Origin: Chlamydiota bacterium
GTDB lineage: Bacteria; Chlamydiota; Chlamydiia; Chlamydiales; RGXB01
Length of the DNA: 64,000 bases
Reading direction: 5' to 3'
Assembly (NCBI GenBank): GCA_947494155.1
Contig: CANLTW010000005.1
Location: 16,793 to 80,792 of the forward strand
In this document: positions 40,174 to 50,357 of the stretch, in pieces
Layout: the number at the start of each line of letters is the position of its first letter
How positions within the stretch are numbered: position 1 is the first letter of the stretch
Notes under the pieces: generated by a model
What the model was told of the DNA's origin: nothing
What the model saw: the letters and a program-made list of their open reading frames with translations, nothing else
The model's database searches: none
Program-made: the position numbers and the translations under genes

Positions 40174-41106
40174 TTAAGCGTACGCGCTGACAATCTCTTT
40201 AGCATATAGAGCGTGGTACAAAAGCCCTTTCGATCCAAGGCCGGTTAAGGCAACTTGATTAGCCCCCAGGGGAACAATTTGAGGAAGCCGCTCTTGTTTT
40301 TTTGAATAGACCCTTGTCCCCTCATACACACCCAAAGGGCTCAAAAAGGCCACTTCGGGAAAAATTTCCCGATTGCGCTCAATTAGCTCCTTCACTGCCC
40401 CTTCTTTGTCGCTAGGTAGATCCAAATTTGTCCTTTCATAGGTGGAGCCCACATGGTAAACGGCGGGATCGCTATCCAAAGCTATGTATCCTTTGTGGAC
40501 TTTAGGGAGGCTAAAAATAGATTCCCCCCTTTGTACCTGCATAGCTTGCCCCCTAATCAATTGGAATTGGCCGGGAAGCTCTTTGTCTATCTCTTTACCG
40601 ACCGCATAAAAAATCTGTTTGACCGTTGGATCATGGGGAACTTTTTCGGGGACATATTGAACCCCCATAGATAAGACCAAGGAATAGAGAGCCTCAAGAT
40701 AGTCTCTGGAAAATACGTTCACCCCCTCTTTGACCAAAAATTCTCCCCCTTGGGTCCACTCGAAATACTGGGGATTTTGAACCCTTTTTTTTTCAAATAC
40801 TACCCTTTGCTCAGCTGAGATGGGTGCATGTAGCACACCCCCGTCTTTATAAACTTTTTTCCTCACATGGCAACTTGCCGCATCCAAAAGCTCTTTTGTC
40901 GCCTTCAACCCGTCGCTTGCTCTAAGCGATCTGGCTGCAAGGCGCCCCCCGATCGGTTCCAAAAGACCACTCGCCGCAGCGGAGGCAGATGCAAAAAGGG
41001 GGTTGGGATCAAAAAGGGAGATTTTTGAACTAGGATACTTTTTCTTCAAGTGGTAGCAGATGGCAAGGCCCCCAAAACCTCTACCAGCAACAAAGTACTG
41101 ATCCAT
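40174..41106 (-). CDS. FAD-dependent oxidoreductase, DAO family (likely start at ATG 41106)
   Basis: VAGRGFGGL Rossmann motif, ASAAASGL, TGLGSKGLLY. Confidence 0.8.
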   Translation of the reverse strand: MDQYFVAGRGFGGLAICYHLKKKYPSSKISLFDPNPLFASASAAASGLLEPIGGRLAARSLRASDGLKATKELLDAASCHVRKKVYKDGGVLHAPISAEQRVVFEKKRVQNPQYFEWTQGGEFLVKEGVNVFSRDYLEALYSLVLSMGVQYVPEKVPHDPTVKQIFYAVGKEIDKELPGQFQLIRGQAMQVQRGESIFSLPKVHKGYIALDSDPAVYHVGSTYERTNLDLPSDKEGAVKELIERNREIFPEVAFLSPLGVYEGTRVYSKKQERLPQIVPLGANQVALTGLGSKGLLYHALYAKEIVSAYA

Positions 41107-41329
41107 TTTTGTAGATGAGTCTCTCACTTTCCTTACCTTAAAAAGAAAAAACAGAATAGCACAAGAGGGGTTATAGTAAAAGCCAAAGCAAAATAAACAA
41201 AGGGCGTCAATTGACGATTTTTTCAAAAACTCTTTAGAAGTAAACTGTTGTGTAAATTTTATTTTAATTTTACCAGACATCTTTTTTTGACAATTAATTT
41301 TGTTGCTAGTAATAAAAAATTAATTATTT

Positions 41330-42400
41330 TTGAGATATTTTGTGGAAAAAAATAACGGCGATGATTCTTCAAAGGAGAAAACAGAAAAAGGGCAAAATCA
41401 TCAGGAAAAAAATATAAATAATTACGATTCTCCCCGGTATAGAAAAGGGAAAGAAGACAAATTCCTCTCACCCGATGATCTCAATGTTTTAATCCGAATT
41501 ATCCGACCCAAAGAATGGCTAGGCCTCGGTTGTTTAGGACTCATGGTCCTCTTTTTTTTTATTTGGCTTTTCAAAGGGGAAGTCGTTTCCGAAACCGATG
41601 GAAAGGGAATTGTTTTAACTTCTGAAGGGTTACAAACCATATACTCAAGAAATGAGGGATTGGTCCAATCGATCCCACTTTTAGAAGGGGAAATTGTATA
41701 TAAAGATACCATAGCAGCTAAAATTTACGACAAAGACTACCTAAATTCTTACAATGCCCAAAGTACCAAAATAGCAGAGATCCAACTATCTTTAAACCGC
41801 ATGAAGTCTCAGGAAAGCTCTTCCAAAGTGGAGGCTCTCCAGCTAGAACTCGAACAACAGATCGAAATTTTCAACGAATTAGAGGCTAATCCCCTCCTAA
41901 TCCCTATTTTTTCTGAGGTGCAGGGCGAGGTTGTAGCAAAGTATGTTGGGCCAGGAGAATACGTTTACGCCGGGAGTGAAATCTGCCTGGTTGACCCCCT
42001 TTTTAATAAAGGGGATGACATCCTCGTTTACGGATTTTTTGATATCTCGAGTGGGCGTAAAATACAACCGGGGATGACGGCTTACATCTCCATGCAAAAG
42101 TATGTTGACCCTGTTTACGGTAGCATAGTTGGTAAGGTCGTATATGTGGATCCGTACCCGGGAACCTCTGAGCGTTTTTTGAACTATTTAGCAAAAAACG
42201 AAGCTTTTCAAAAATTTATCGGTGAAAACAGTCCTAAATACAATTTAAGAATAGAAATACAAAAAGATCCTAATGATCCCTCCGGTTATCGATGGACCTC
42301 CAAGGAAGGTCCGAAAAATTTTCGTTTTACACCTGAATTTTGCAATATTCGGGTTCATATTTCGAAAAAACGTCCTATAGATTTAATTTTTCCGTGGTAG
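41330..42400 (+). CDS. NHLP bacteriocin-system secretion protein (HlyD-like membrane fusion protein)
   Basis: LSPDDLNVLIRII, single TM, KIQPGM, YGSIVGKV, PSGYRWTS.EGP. Confidence 0.85.
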   Translation: MRYFVEKNNGDDSSKEKTEKGQNHQEKNINNYDSPRYRKGKEDKFLSPDDLNVLIRIIRPKEWLGLGCLGLMVLFFFIWLFKGEVVSETDGKGIVLTSEGLQTIYSRNEGLVQSIPLLEGEIVYKDTIAAKIYDKDYLNSYNAQSTKIAEIQLSLNRMKSQESSSKVEALQLELEQQIEIFNELEANPLLIPIFSEVQGEVVAKYVGPGEYVYAGSEICLVDPLFNKGDDILVYGFFDISSGRKIQPGMTAYISMQKYVDPVYGSIVGKVVYVDPYPGTSERFLNYLAKNEAFQKFIGENSPKYNLRIEIQKDPNDPSGYRWTSKEGPKNFRFTPEFCNIRVHISKKRPIDLIFPW

Positions 42401-42409
42401 GAGTCTGGT

Positions 42410-44632
42410 TTGAGACCCTTTTTGCATAGGATGAAAGAGTTAATACGCCTGAAATTTCCCTCCCTTTGGATAGGGGCCAATAGAGTCCGAACTCCAACTA
42501 TTATTCAAATGCAAAATGTCGAATGTGGCGCTGCTGCTTTAGCTATTATTCTCGGGTATTATAAATTGTTTGTCCCATTGGCTGAGCTGAGAGTTATATG
42601 CGGTGTCACAAGGGACGGTACTTCGATAAAAGATATTGCGAATGCCGCCGAAACTTTTGGTCTTAAGACAGAGGGTCGAACGTACGAAATGGAGGATCTT
42701 GATAAAATTCCTCTACCATGCATAGTGTACTGGAATTTTAACCATTATCTAGTTTTCGAGGGGATGGATAAGAATTTTATCTATGTAAATGATCCGGCGG
42801 GGGGGCCAAAAAGGGTCACGCGCGAGGTATTCGATGAGGGGTTTACCGGGTATGTTCTCACCTTTACACCTACGGAAAATTTTCAACCGAGGGGAAAACC
42901 GGATAATTTTCTAAACCTTTTGGTAAGGCGCTTGAAAGGATTTCATAAACCGATCCTATTTTTGTCGATTTGTAAAACGTGCCTTTTACTTCCCTGGTTT
43001 TTCATCCCGATTTCCACGCAGTTTTTTTATGACCAAGTGCTTGCGACCTCAAATGCACAAGCGGGATATTTGCTGATAGGACTATTATCAGCTGTTTTAC
43101 TTGTCACAGTGTTATTGTATCTATTCGCTTATAACATGATACAGAAATTATTCACAAAAATGACCATAACTTCCACGACCTCATTTTTTTGGCATATCTT
43201 GAAGCTCCCCTTGCTTTTTTTCTCCCAAAGATCTACCGGGGAGATCGCTTGGAGATACACTTTAAACGAAATTGTATCTTCGGTGCTTTCCAGCCAATTT
43301 ATCTATTTGGGTATAAATATTTTATTGCTGGTTTTTTACCTTTCTACCATTTTTTTATTTAGCGGCCCCATAGGTCTTTTAGCTTTGGTTTTAGGGGTGT
43401 TAAATGTCCTTGTGTTTTTTTTGATCAACCGCTCCCGCAAAGATGCGTTCACAGCGATGCAGCAGGAATATGGTAAAACTGTCGGTTACGCCTACAGTCT
43501 TTTAAGATCTATCGAGGGAATAAAATCGGCCGGAAATGAGATGACCTCATTTGGAATTCTCAGCGGCTATTACGCAAAAATGACAAATGCGTCATTCAAT
43601 ATGCAATTTAAGACTCTCATCCTCACTATGTTTCCTACGGTATCTTTGCAGTTTGGGAGAACGGCTCTTTTAGCGATTGGGGCACTACAGATCTTAGATG
43701 GGGAACTCACGGTTGGTATGCTGATCTCGTTGCAATCGTTTTTTTTCTATTTTATGACCCCCATAAACAAATTAATGAATGTCTCAAGCCAATTACAGAC
43801 GATGTTTATCGATATCAAAAGATTGAATGACGTGATGGACAATACCCCTGAAACGTTGCTTGAACGCCCCAAATGCATCGAAAATGGGGCATCTTTAGAA
43901 AATTTGAAGGGCTATGTGGAATTCATAGACGTTTCGTTTGGTTTCAGTAAAACAGAGGGGCCAAGAATAAAAAATATCAACCTCAAGTTAGAACCTGGTA
44001 AAAGAATCGGGCTTGTGGGGCCTGTTAGTTCTGGCAAAACAACAATAGCACGCCTGGCAGCAGGTTTATACAGTCCCTGGACAGGTCAAATCCTTTACGA
44101 TGGTAAACCGATCGAAGAAATCCCCAATGAGGTTTTTAGATCCTCTATTTCCTTTATAGATTCCTCTTTATTCTTTTTTGAGGAAACCATAAAAAACAAC
44201 CTCACTTTTTGGGATGAGTTAGTGAGTGAGGAGGATTTGACGAAATCCTGTAAAGATGCTTGCATACACGACGTCATTATGAAGAGGAGCAAGGGCTACG
44301 AGAATGTGATTTGCGAAGGGGGTACAGTTTTTAGCGGAGGCCAACGGCAAAGAATGGAAATAGCCCGGGGTTTAGCAAAGAACCCTACTGTTTTAATTAC
44401 CGATGAGGTTTCCAGCGCCTTGGATTACAAAACTGAAGCTATGATAAGCCTCAATTTACGCACCAGAGGTTGCGCCTCGATCATTATAGCCCAAAGGCTT
44501 GCTACCGTAAAAGATTGTGACGAAATTATTGTCCTAAATAAGGGTGAGATAGTCCAAAGAGGGACGCATCAGGAGCTCATGCTTCAAGGTGGATACTACA
44601 AAGATTCAATCTTAGCTGAGGTCATCGAATAG
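42410..44632 (+). CDS. NHLP-family ABC transporter with C39 peptidase, permease and ATPase domains
   Basis: RVRTPTIIQMQNVECGAAAL, CGVTRDG, WNFNHYLV, VNDP; GPVSSGKTT, FSGGQRQR. Confidence 0.9.
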   Translation: MRPFLHRMKELIRLKFPSLWIGANRVRTPTIIQMQNVECGAAALAIILGYYKLFVPLAELRVICGVTRDGTSIKDIANAAETFGLKTEGRTYEMEDLDKIPLPCIVYWNFNHYLVFEGMDKNFIYVNDPAGGPKRVTREVFDEGFTGYVLTFTPTENFQPRGKPDNFLNLLVRRLKGFHKPILFLSICKTCLLLPWFFIPISTQFFYDQVLATSNAQAGYLLIGLLSAVLLVTVLLYLFAYNMIQKLFTKMTITSTTSFFWHILKLPLLFFSQRSTGEIAWRYTLNEIVSSVLSSQFIYLGINILLLVFYLSTIFLFSGPIGLLALVLGVLNVLVFFLINRSRKDAFTAMQQEYGKTVGYAYSLLRSIEGIKSAGNEMTSFGILSGYYAKMTNASFNMQFKTLILTMFPTVSLQFGRTALLAIGALQILDGELTVGMLISLQSFFFYFMTPINKLMNVSSQLQTMFIDIKRLNDVMDNTPETLLERPKCIENGASLENLKGYVEFIDVSFGFSKTEGPRIKNINLKLEPGKRIGLVGPVSSGKTTIARLAAGLYSPWTGQILYDGKPIEEIPNEVFRSSISFIDSSLFFFEETIKNNLTFWDELVSEEDLTKSCKDACIHDVIMKRSKGYENVICEGGTVFSGGQRQRMEIARGLAKNPTVLITDEVSSALDYKTEAMISLNLRTRGCASIIIAQRLATVKDCDEIIVLNKGEIVQRGTHQELMLQGGYYKDSILAEVIE

Positions 44633-44634
44633 GT

Positions 44635-47613
44635 ATGAGCGATCAAATGTTTCTCTTTGAAAAATTGAAAGATTACAATCTCGAGGAGATTGGAATCGAG
44701 ATCAATAAAAAAACTTTCTTTGATACGGAAGAGTGCTTTTGGCTTATTAAAGAGGGTATTGGCGGTCTCTTTTTGACAGAAAACATCCCCAATCCAGAGA
44801 TAAAAGGGATTGAAAAGGGGCAATTAAGATTTTTACGCCCCTTGAATCCTGGCGATCTTTTTTTTATAGCTACCGAGCGTCCCGATGAGCATCAAGGACT
44901 GGCCCTTTTCAATTTTACTCCGATGAAAATTTTAAAATTGACCCGCGGTAAAATTGAGGAAATCATTCATAAAGAACCCGATCTAAATATAGAGATCCTA
45001 AAGCTCATAAATCGGACAATTTTAAATTACAGAAGATTATTTACAAAAAAAGAGTCTTTCAAAAATAACGACCTTTTGATTGATTTTGAGCAACCTGTTG
45101 AATTGGAGGCGAATCAAAGATTCGCTATCAAAAAAAAACCCCTATCAAACAATTTGGAACATGAGCACTGGATGGAAATTGTTGAGGGGCGATTGGATCT
45201 TGACTCCTCTTATACCTTAGACTGGGACAAAAATATTCAAATCTATCCCTATCTAGATACCTGGAGTCTGATCGCTTTAGAAAAAACAAAACTAAAGCCT
45301 TTGCCCCCCGAAAAGGTCCTGCTCCACCCCGGAGTTTGGCAGGCTTTCAACTGGATCCGTAATCGAGTTTTAGAAAGCGCCATCCATCACTATTTTCCAG
45401 AAAAGAAAAAGTTAGAGATAGAGTCTAGAGAAAAAAAAATCGCGCTGAAAAAGTATTCCATCACGAAAGGGTTAAAATCGTTTATTCCGAAAAAAAAGGA
45501 TAGTAAAGGGGAACCTTTGGATAGTAAGGAGGCTGTCTATAAAGTTTGCAGCTGGATCGGACAAGAGATGGGTTTCACTTTCGAAAAACATTCTACTCCT
45601 CAAACGAATCCTTTCCTTGAGATGAATGAAATTTGTGAAAAAAATGGGGTCCGATACAGAGAAATCAAACTTGAGGTTGGTTTTTGGTCCCATGATTGCC
45701 TCCCTATATTTGCCCTAACAAAAAAGGGAAAGCCGGTAGCTCTATTAAATAATAGAGGGAAAAAATATTTTTTGCATGACCCCGAAACAGAAGATAAAGA
45801 ACCCCTCTGCAATACTGTCATCGATAGACTACAAGAGAAAGGATACATTTTTTACATTCCGTTTCCCGAAAAGAATATGACGATTAAAGATATTCTGAAA
45901 TTTTCATTTTCCGGAAATCTAAAAAGTTTTTATTATATTTTGTTTTTCGGAACTCTCGGAGGTATTCTTGCGGCAACGGTCCCCTTTTTGGTTCAATTCC
46001 TTTTTACAAATGTGATCCAATTGGGGCATAAAAGTCAGTACCTAGAGGTCATTCTAGCCCTTTTTTTAATTATTTTCAGCGGAATGATCTTGAATATCAT
46101 CAATGGACTCATTCTCATTCGGATGTCGACTCTTTTTTCTTTAAAAGTCGAGTCAGCTATTTGGGATAGGCTTTTAAAGCTCCCAGTAAACTTTTTCAAG
46201 AAATATCCTGTGGGGGATCTGATCCAAAGGGCCTCTTCCATCAGAGAGATACAAGAAAAATTTAGTCAATCCACCTCAAACATTCTTTTAACAGGATTTT
46301 TCTCTCTATTCTATTTTTTTGCTATGTATTACATCTATCACAAATTAGCCATATTGGGTTTGTGTATCGTCTCAGTTGTTGCCGCGGTAAACTCTTTTCT
46401 TTTGATTAATAAAGTACTTATCCAGAGAAAAGTACTCGAATTAAACGGCTTCATCAATAGTGTAATTTCTCAAGTAATTTCCGGTATTTCCAAGATCAGA
46501 TCGCATGGTGCAGAAGCTTACGCTTTTGAGTACTGGTGTCCGTTTTTTTCTAAACAGCGACTTTTATTAAAAAAATCTCTGATTTTAACAAACTTCGTAG
46601 AAATTCTAGCAAGTATTGTCCCTATTGTCTCTTATTTAATATTTTTTGGAGTGATTACAAAATATCTCATCTCGACTACTGATCATATTCAAGATTATAT
46701 ATTCACGATTGGAAAGCTTGCAGGTTTTTTTTCTGCTTATCTCCCGTTTGCTCTTGGGATCACAAATTTAGTGCAAATTTTCATGGATTTAGCTCAGGTC
46801 ATCCCTTTATGGGAAAGGGCACAGTGTATTTTAAAAGGGGAAATAGAGTCTGAGAAGGATAAAATCAAGGTGGACGATCTGGAGGGTTTGGTGACTGTGG
46901 ATAACGTCACCTTCAGCTACGGGAAAGATTTACCTTATATATTGGAAAATATCTCGCTCCAGTTTTATCCAGGAGAGTTTGTTGCTATAGTCGGAGCTTC
47001 GGGTTGCGGAAAATCAACATTAGTCAGGATTCTTCTGGGTTTTGAGACGCCTCAGATAGGCACTGTTTTTTTCGATAATCAGGACATTCTCACTCTCAAT
47101 AAAAGAGAACTGAGGCGTAAACTTGGCGTAGTACTTCAAAATGGTTCCATTTTTACAGGAACTATCTATCAGAATATAATTTGTGGCGGCCTCTACTCAA
47201 AAGAAGACGTGGAGAGGGCTGTGAAATTGGCCAACTTAGAGGAAGATCTTAAGAAAATGAGTATGGGACTGCATACTTATTTACAAAGCGATGCGCTCAC
47301 ATTAAGCAGCGGGGAGGCACAGCGGATTTTGATCGCAAGGGCCTTAATCAGTAAGCCAAGGGTATTGATCTTAGACGAAGCCTCAAACTGTCTGGATGCT
47401 CATTCTCAAGAAATTTTATCTAAAAATGTAGCAGAGCTTAATATAACAAGAATTGTCATCGCCCATAGACTTAGCACAATCGTTGATGCAGATAGGATCT
47501 ATGTGATGGATCAAGGGAAAGTTGTCGACAAAGGAACATATACGGATTTGATTGCTAGAGAGGGTCTGTTCAAAGATCTGGTTTCTCAATCGAAAAAACA
47601 AAACTCTCTCTAG
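44635..47613 (+). CDS. NHLP-system second ABC transporter with long N-terminal extension, permease and ATPase
   Basis: WDRLLKLPVNFF, GASGCGKSTL, ILDEASNCLD, IAHRLST; N-terminal peptidase-like region has no recognisable catalytic motif. Confidence 0.88.
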   Translation: MSDQMFLFEKLKDYNLEEIGIEINKKTFFDTEECFWLIKEGIGGLFLTENIPNPEIKGIEKGQLRFLRPLNPGDLFFIATERPDEHQGLALFNFTPMKILKLTRGKIEEIIHKEPDLNIEILKLINRTILNYRRLFTKKESFKNNDLLIDFEQPVELEANQRFAIKKKPLSNNLEHEHWMEIVEGRLDLDSSYTLDWDKNIQIYPYLDTWSLIALEKTKLKPLPPEKVLLHPGVWQAFNWIRNRVLESAIHHYFPEKKKLEIESREKKIALKKYSITKGLKSFIPKKKDSKGEPLDSKEAVYKVCSWIGQEMGFTFEKHSTPQTNPFLEMNEICEKNGVRYREIKLEVGFWSHDCLPIFALTKKGKPVALLNNRGKKYFLHDPETEDKEPLCNTVIDRLQEKGYIFYIPFPEKNMTIKDILKFSFSGNLKSFYYILFFGTLGGILAATVPFLVQFLFTNVIQLGHKSQYLEVILALFLIIFSGMILNIINGLILIRMSTLFSLKVESAIWDRLLKLPVNFFKKYPVGDLIQRASSIREIQEKFSQSTSNILLTGFFSLFYFFAMYYIYHKLAILGLCIVSVVAAVNSFLLINKVLIQRKVLELNGFINSVISQVISGISKIRSHGAEAYAFEYWCPFFSKQRLLLKKSLILTNFVEILASIVPIVSYLIFFGVITKYLISTTDHIQDYIFTIGKLAGFFSAYLPFALGITNLVQIFMDLAQVIPLWERAQCILKGEIESEKDKIKVDDLEGLVTVDNVTFSYGKDLPYILENISLQFYPGEFVAIVGASGCGKSTLVRILLGFETPQIGTVFFDNQDILTLNKRELRRKLGVVLQNGSIFTGTIYQNIICGGLYSKEDVERAVKLANLEEDLKKMSMGLHTYLQSDALTLSSGEAQRILIARALISKPRVLILDEASNCLDAHSQEILSKNVAELNITRIVIAHRLSTIVDADRIYVMDQGKVVDKGTYTDLIAREGLFKDLVSQSKKQNSL

Positions 47614-47664
47614 TCTCTAGTTTTTAAAGATACAAACCGGTCGAATGGGATCGGCTAAAGGAAC

Positions 47665-48450
47665 CTACCCTTTCTTGTAGAAATGTCTGTAGCTTTCCAG
47701 TCCGAAGTGAAAGAAGAATAGGACAAAAGGGGTTAAATAAAAAGAGAAGGGGGCAAGTAAAAAAAGTCTTTGAAGAGATAGGGCAACAATATTATTGGTT
47801 ACCCCGAAAAGATCCATCGTTGCCCAGTAAATCACCCCGAGCACAACTCCACCCAGTAAAAGGGGGACTGTCCCAATAGCAAAGTGCTTTGCAATTGTCA
47901 GGGGGTTTTCTTTCAAACAGTCTAGGTCGACTTTGAGGTCAAAGGAAAAGAAGGTAGAGCCGTAAAAAAGGATGAAAAAGGCAAACAAAGGGAGGATCGT
48001 CATGATCATCATAAAAGCGAAAGGGAGCATCGAAAACAGGACCGCAACAATAGGACCTGCGTAGGGCACCCCCTGCAATAAATAAAAAAGACCCATTAAA
48101 ACCCACAAGATCACATGAGTTAAAATCAAAGGAAGCGCTAGAAAAACACCATTCCACATCCGATTCATCGAAGCTTTAAAAATCTCTTTGTAATCGATTG
48201 TTTCCCCTTTGAGCTCATGATAATAGAGACGATGGATAAAGACCGAAAGCGATCCCATCAACCCTATGCTCAGATAAACAGGGACGCTTATGGCGCCAAA
48301 CACCACCCAATCGTGGGCGTTGTCAAGGATAGCAAGCACAAAAACCGAGATAAGCGTAGTCAAAAGAAGAATCGGATACGCAAGAAAAATCTTCTCTTTT
48401 TTTAAGGAGGCCTCTAATGCCCGTTTCGCCATCTCGTCTAGAGTCATCAT
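47665..48450 (-). CDS. Hypothetical integral membrane protein
   Basis: About 6 TM segments; overlaps the stop of the citrate synthase-like gene. Confidence 0.7.
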   Translation of the reverse strand: MMTLDEMAKRALEASLKKEKIFLAYPILLLTTLISVFVLAILDNAHDWVVFGAISVPVYLSIGLMGSLSVFIHRLYYHELKGETIDYKEIFKASMNRMWNGVFLALPLILTHVILWVLMGLFYLLQGVPYAGPIVAVLFSMLPFAFMMIMTILPLFAFFILFYGSTFFSFDLKVDLDCLKENPLTIAKHFAIGTVPLLLGGVVLGVIYWATMDLFGVTNNIVALSLQRLFLLAPFSFYLTPFVLFFFHFGLESYRHFYKKG

Positions 48451-49394
48451 CCGTTTTCATCCCTTCTTCTATAAAAATAATAGGGGTGGATTTCCAACTT
48501 TTTATGCTGGCTATCCTCTATCAGCTGCGCCCCAATCCCCACAATTCGAGCTAAAAAAAGCAACACGCTATATAGGCGCACCTCCTCAAAACCCCTGTAA
48601 AAAAGATACAATCCCGAAAAGGCGTGGCTATGGGGAACTTTTTTCAGACTCTGTTTCAACAGCTGGGCTTTTTGAAACAGGGGCTCATCCATAAACCGCT
48701 CCATAAGTGCCTTCTCAAATAGAACCGCTCTCGTATCGATTTTAGTGAAGGGGAAAAGATCATAACCAAAAACTAGCTTCTGATCCCTTTTCAGCTCCTC
48801 TATTTCCTCCTCCATCGCATCCTGATCAATATTTTGCAACTGCCTAAGGGCATTTTCCATCTCTTTTCCTATACGGGGGGCACTGAAAGCGGTCAAAGCA
48901 CCCTGAACGCTTTTGTAGGCGTTGCAACCGTTAGAGGCGAGAGTTTTGGCCACAAAAGCGGGTGGAGATCCCCCCCCTTCGTCAAGGTGAAGCATATAAA
49001 ATAGGGGATCAATGGGTAACGGACCAAAAAGGATCTCAGCCACCTCTTTAAGGGAACCTAAAACTACTTGCAGCTGGTCAAAAAAGGTCTCTTTCCACTC
49101 CTCAATTTCCAAAATTTCGAGCGCTTGATGCAGCTGCTCCAAAGGCTCAAGGTGTCGATCTATTCGATCGATAAGCACCTTTGTCTCCTGCCTTAAAATA
49201 TGAACGGGAATCTGCCCAAGAAATTTTTCTACAAGATCATCGAGAGGCATATCCAAAAAATTTTCTACCGGCTCCCCTAAATACATGAGTCCCAGCTCCG
49301 GATCCACATGCGAGGTTCCGCAAAACCCCATAGGAATCGAGCGGGGCCCCTCAAGAAGGTGATCTTCCGTTAGTTCGAAAAGAGTATCGTGCAT
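48447..49394 (-). CDS. Citrate synthase-like protein with catalytic residues substituted
   Basis: N-terminal GFCGTSHVDPELGLMYLG and C-terminal ARIVGIGAQL are citrate-synthase-like; motif positions read LHLDEGGG, APRIG, VFGYDL, PHSHAFSG. Confidence 0.75.
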   Translation of the reverse strand: MHDTLFELTEDHLLEGPRSIPMGFCGTSHVDPELGLMYLGEPVENFLDMPLDDLVEKFLGQIPVHILRQETKVLIDRIDRHLEPLEQLHQALEILEIEEWKETFFDQLQVVLGSLKEVAEILFGPLPIDPLFYMLHLDEGGGSPPAFVAKTLASNGCNAYKSVQGALTAFSAPRIGKEMENALRQLQNIDQDAMEEEIEELKRDQKLVFGYDLFPFTKIDTRAVLFEKALMERFMDEPLFQKAQLLKQSLKKVPHSHAFSGLYLFYRGFEEVRLYSVLLFLARIVGIGAQLIEDSQHKKLEIHPYYFYRRRDENG

Positions 49395-50251
49395 GCGATT
49401 TGTCGCTCCTTTTTCATCTCATCTTCAGTGATAAGTAACATCTCTTTTTCCTGTTGGGATAAAGGCAATTTCAAAATACCTTTTTTATTTGAATAGGGGA
49501 AAGAAAAAACCAGATCCTCGTCTACACCGTAAGGGTTTTTTTCGCTGTAAAGTGCGGCGCTGTACCGGCGCTCATCCTTGCTCATCCAATCCTCAAGATG
49601 ATCCACGATCGCTTTGGCAGCCGATGCTTGAGAGGAGACTCCTCGGGCTTTGATCACCTCAGCACCCCTTTTGCGCACAAATTCGGTCACCTCGCTTGTA
49701 GCCTCATGAACAAAAATTGTTGGGGAATGGTTTCCGAAAACAAAAACCTCCTCTCTTTGTTTTGCGGCTAAATTTAGAGCGCTTTTTGCTCTATTTTGAT
49801 CCAAACGCATCAAGGCCTGAATCTGGTTTTTGAGCCTATACTCCCCCCCTCTTATAAGCATCAAAGCATTCGTATTAGCAGGATTGCCCACCACTATCGC
49901 CTTAACATTAGGGTTCGCAACGTCGGCTAAAATTTTACCCTGTCTATAAAATGTGGCCGCATTCGTAGTGATCAGATCGCCCCGCTCCATCCCTGGCCCC
50001 CTAGGTTTTGCACCCAAAAAAATAGCTACATCCGCCCCTTTAAAAAGGGTTTTCTCATCGGAACCCGACGCCACTTTTTTTACTTGGGGGAAACAAAAAT
50101 CTTCGATCTCCATCTCCAGCCCGCGCAGTTGGCCCACTTTTTCCTCAAGATCAACTAAAGACAGCTCAATAGGAAATTTAAAACGTTCTAAAAGAAGCGG
50201 TATCAGGGCGTAGCTTATTTGCCCTGCAGCTCCGGTAATCGCAATTTTCAT
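49370..50251 (-). CDS. mdh: Malate dehydrogenase (compact)
   Basis: ITGAAGQISY, PRGPGMERGDL, VGNPANTN, RLDQNRA, GNHS. Confidence 0.92.
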   Translation of the reverse strand: MKIAITGAAGQISYALIPLLLERFKFPIELSLVDLEEKVGQLRGLEMEIEDFCFPQVKKVASGSDEKTLFKGADVAIFLGAKPRGPGMERGDLITTNAATFYRQGKILADVANPNVKAIVVGNPANTNALMLIRGGEYRLKNQIQALMRLDQNRAKSALNLAAKQREEVFVFGNHSPTIFVHEATSEVTEFVRKRGAEVIKARGVSSQASAAKAIVDHLEDWMSKDERRYSAALYSEKNPYGVDEDLVFSFPYSNKKGILKLPLSQQEKEMLLITEDEMKKERQIACTILFSN

Positions 50252-50357
50252 GTTTACTAGAATGAAAGAAGCTCTCCTCGCCTGTCAATACTATCTTTTA
50301 GTATTATCTTTTTTTAGACAAAGGATCGCCTCCGCTCTTTTGTAAAAAAGGGCTTTT

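Noticed and set aside
41107..41280. N-terminal extension of the FAD oxidoreductase, or a bacteriocin precursor
   Set aside because: The Rossmann motif starts right after Met at 41106; the region is AT-rich divergent promoter space with no double-glycine leader
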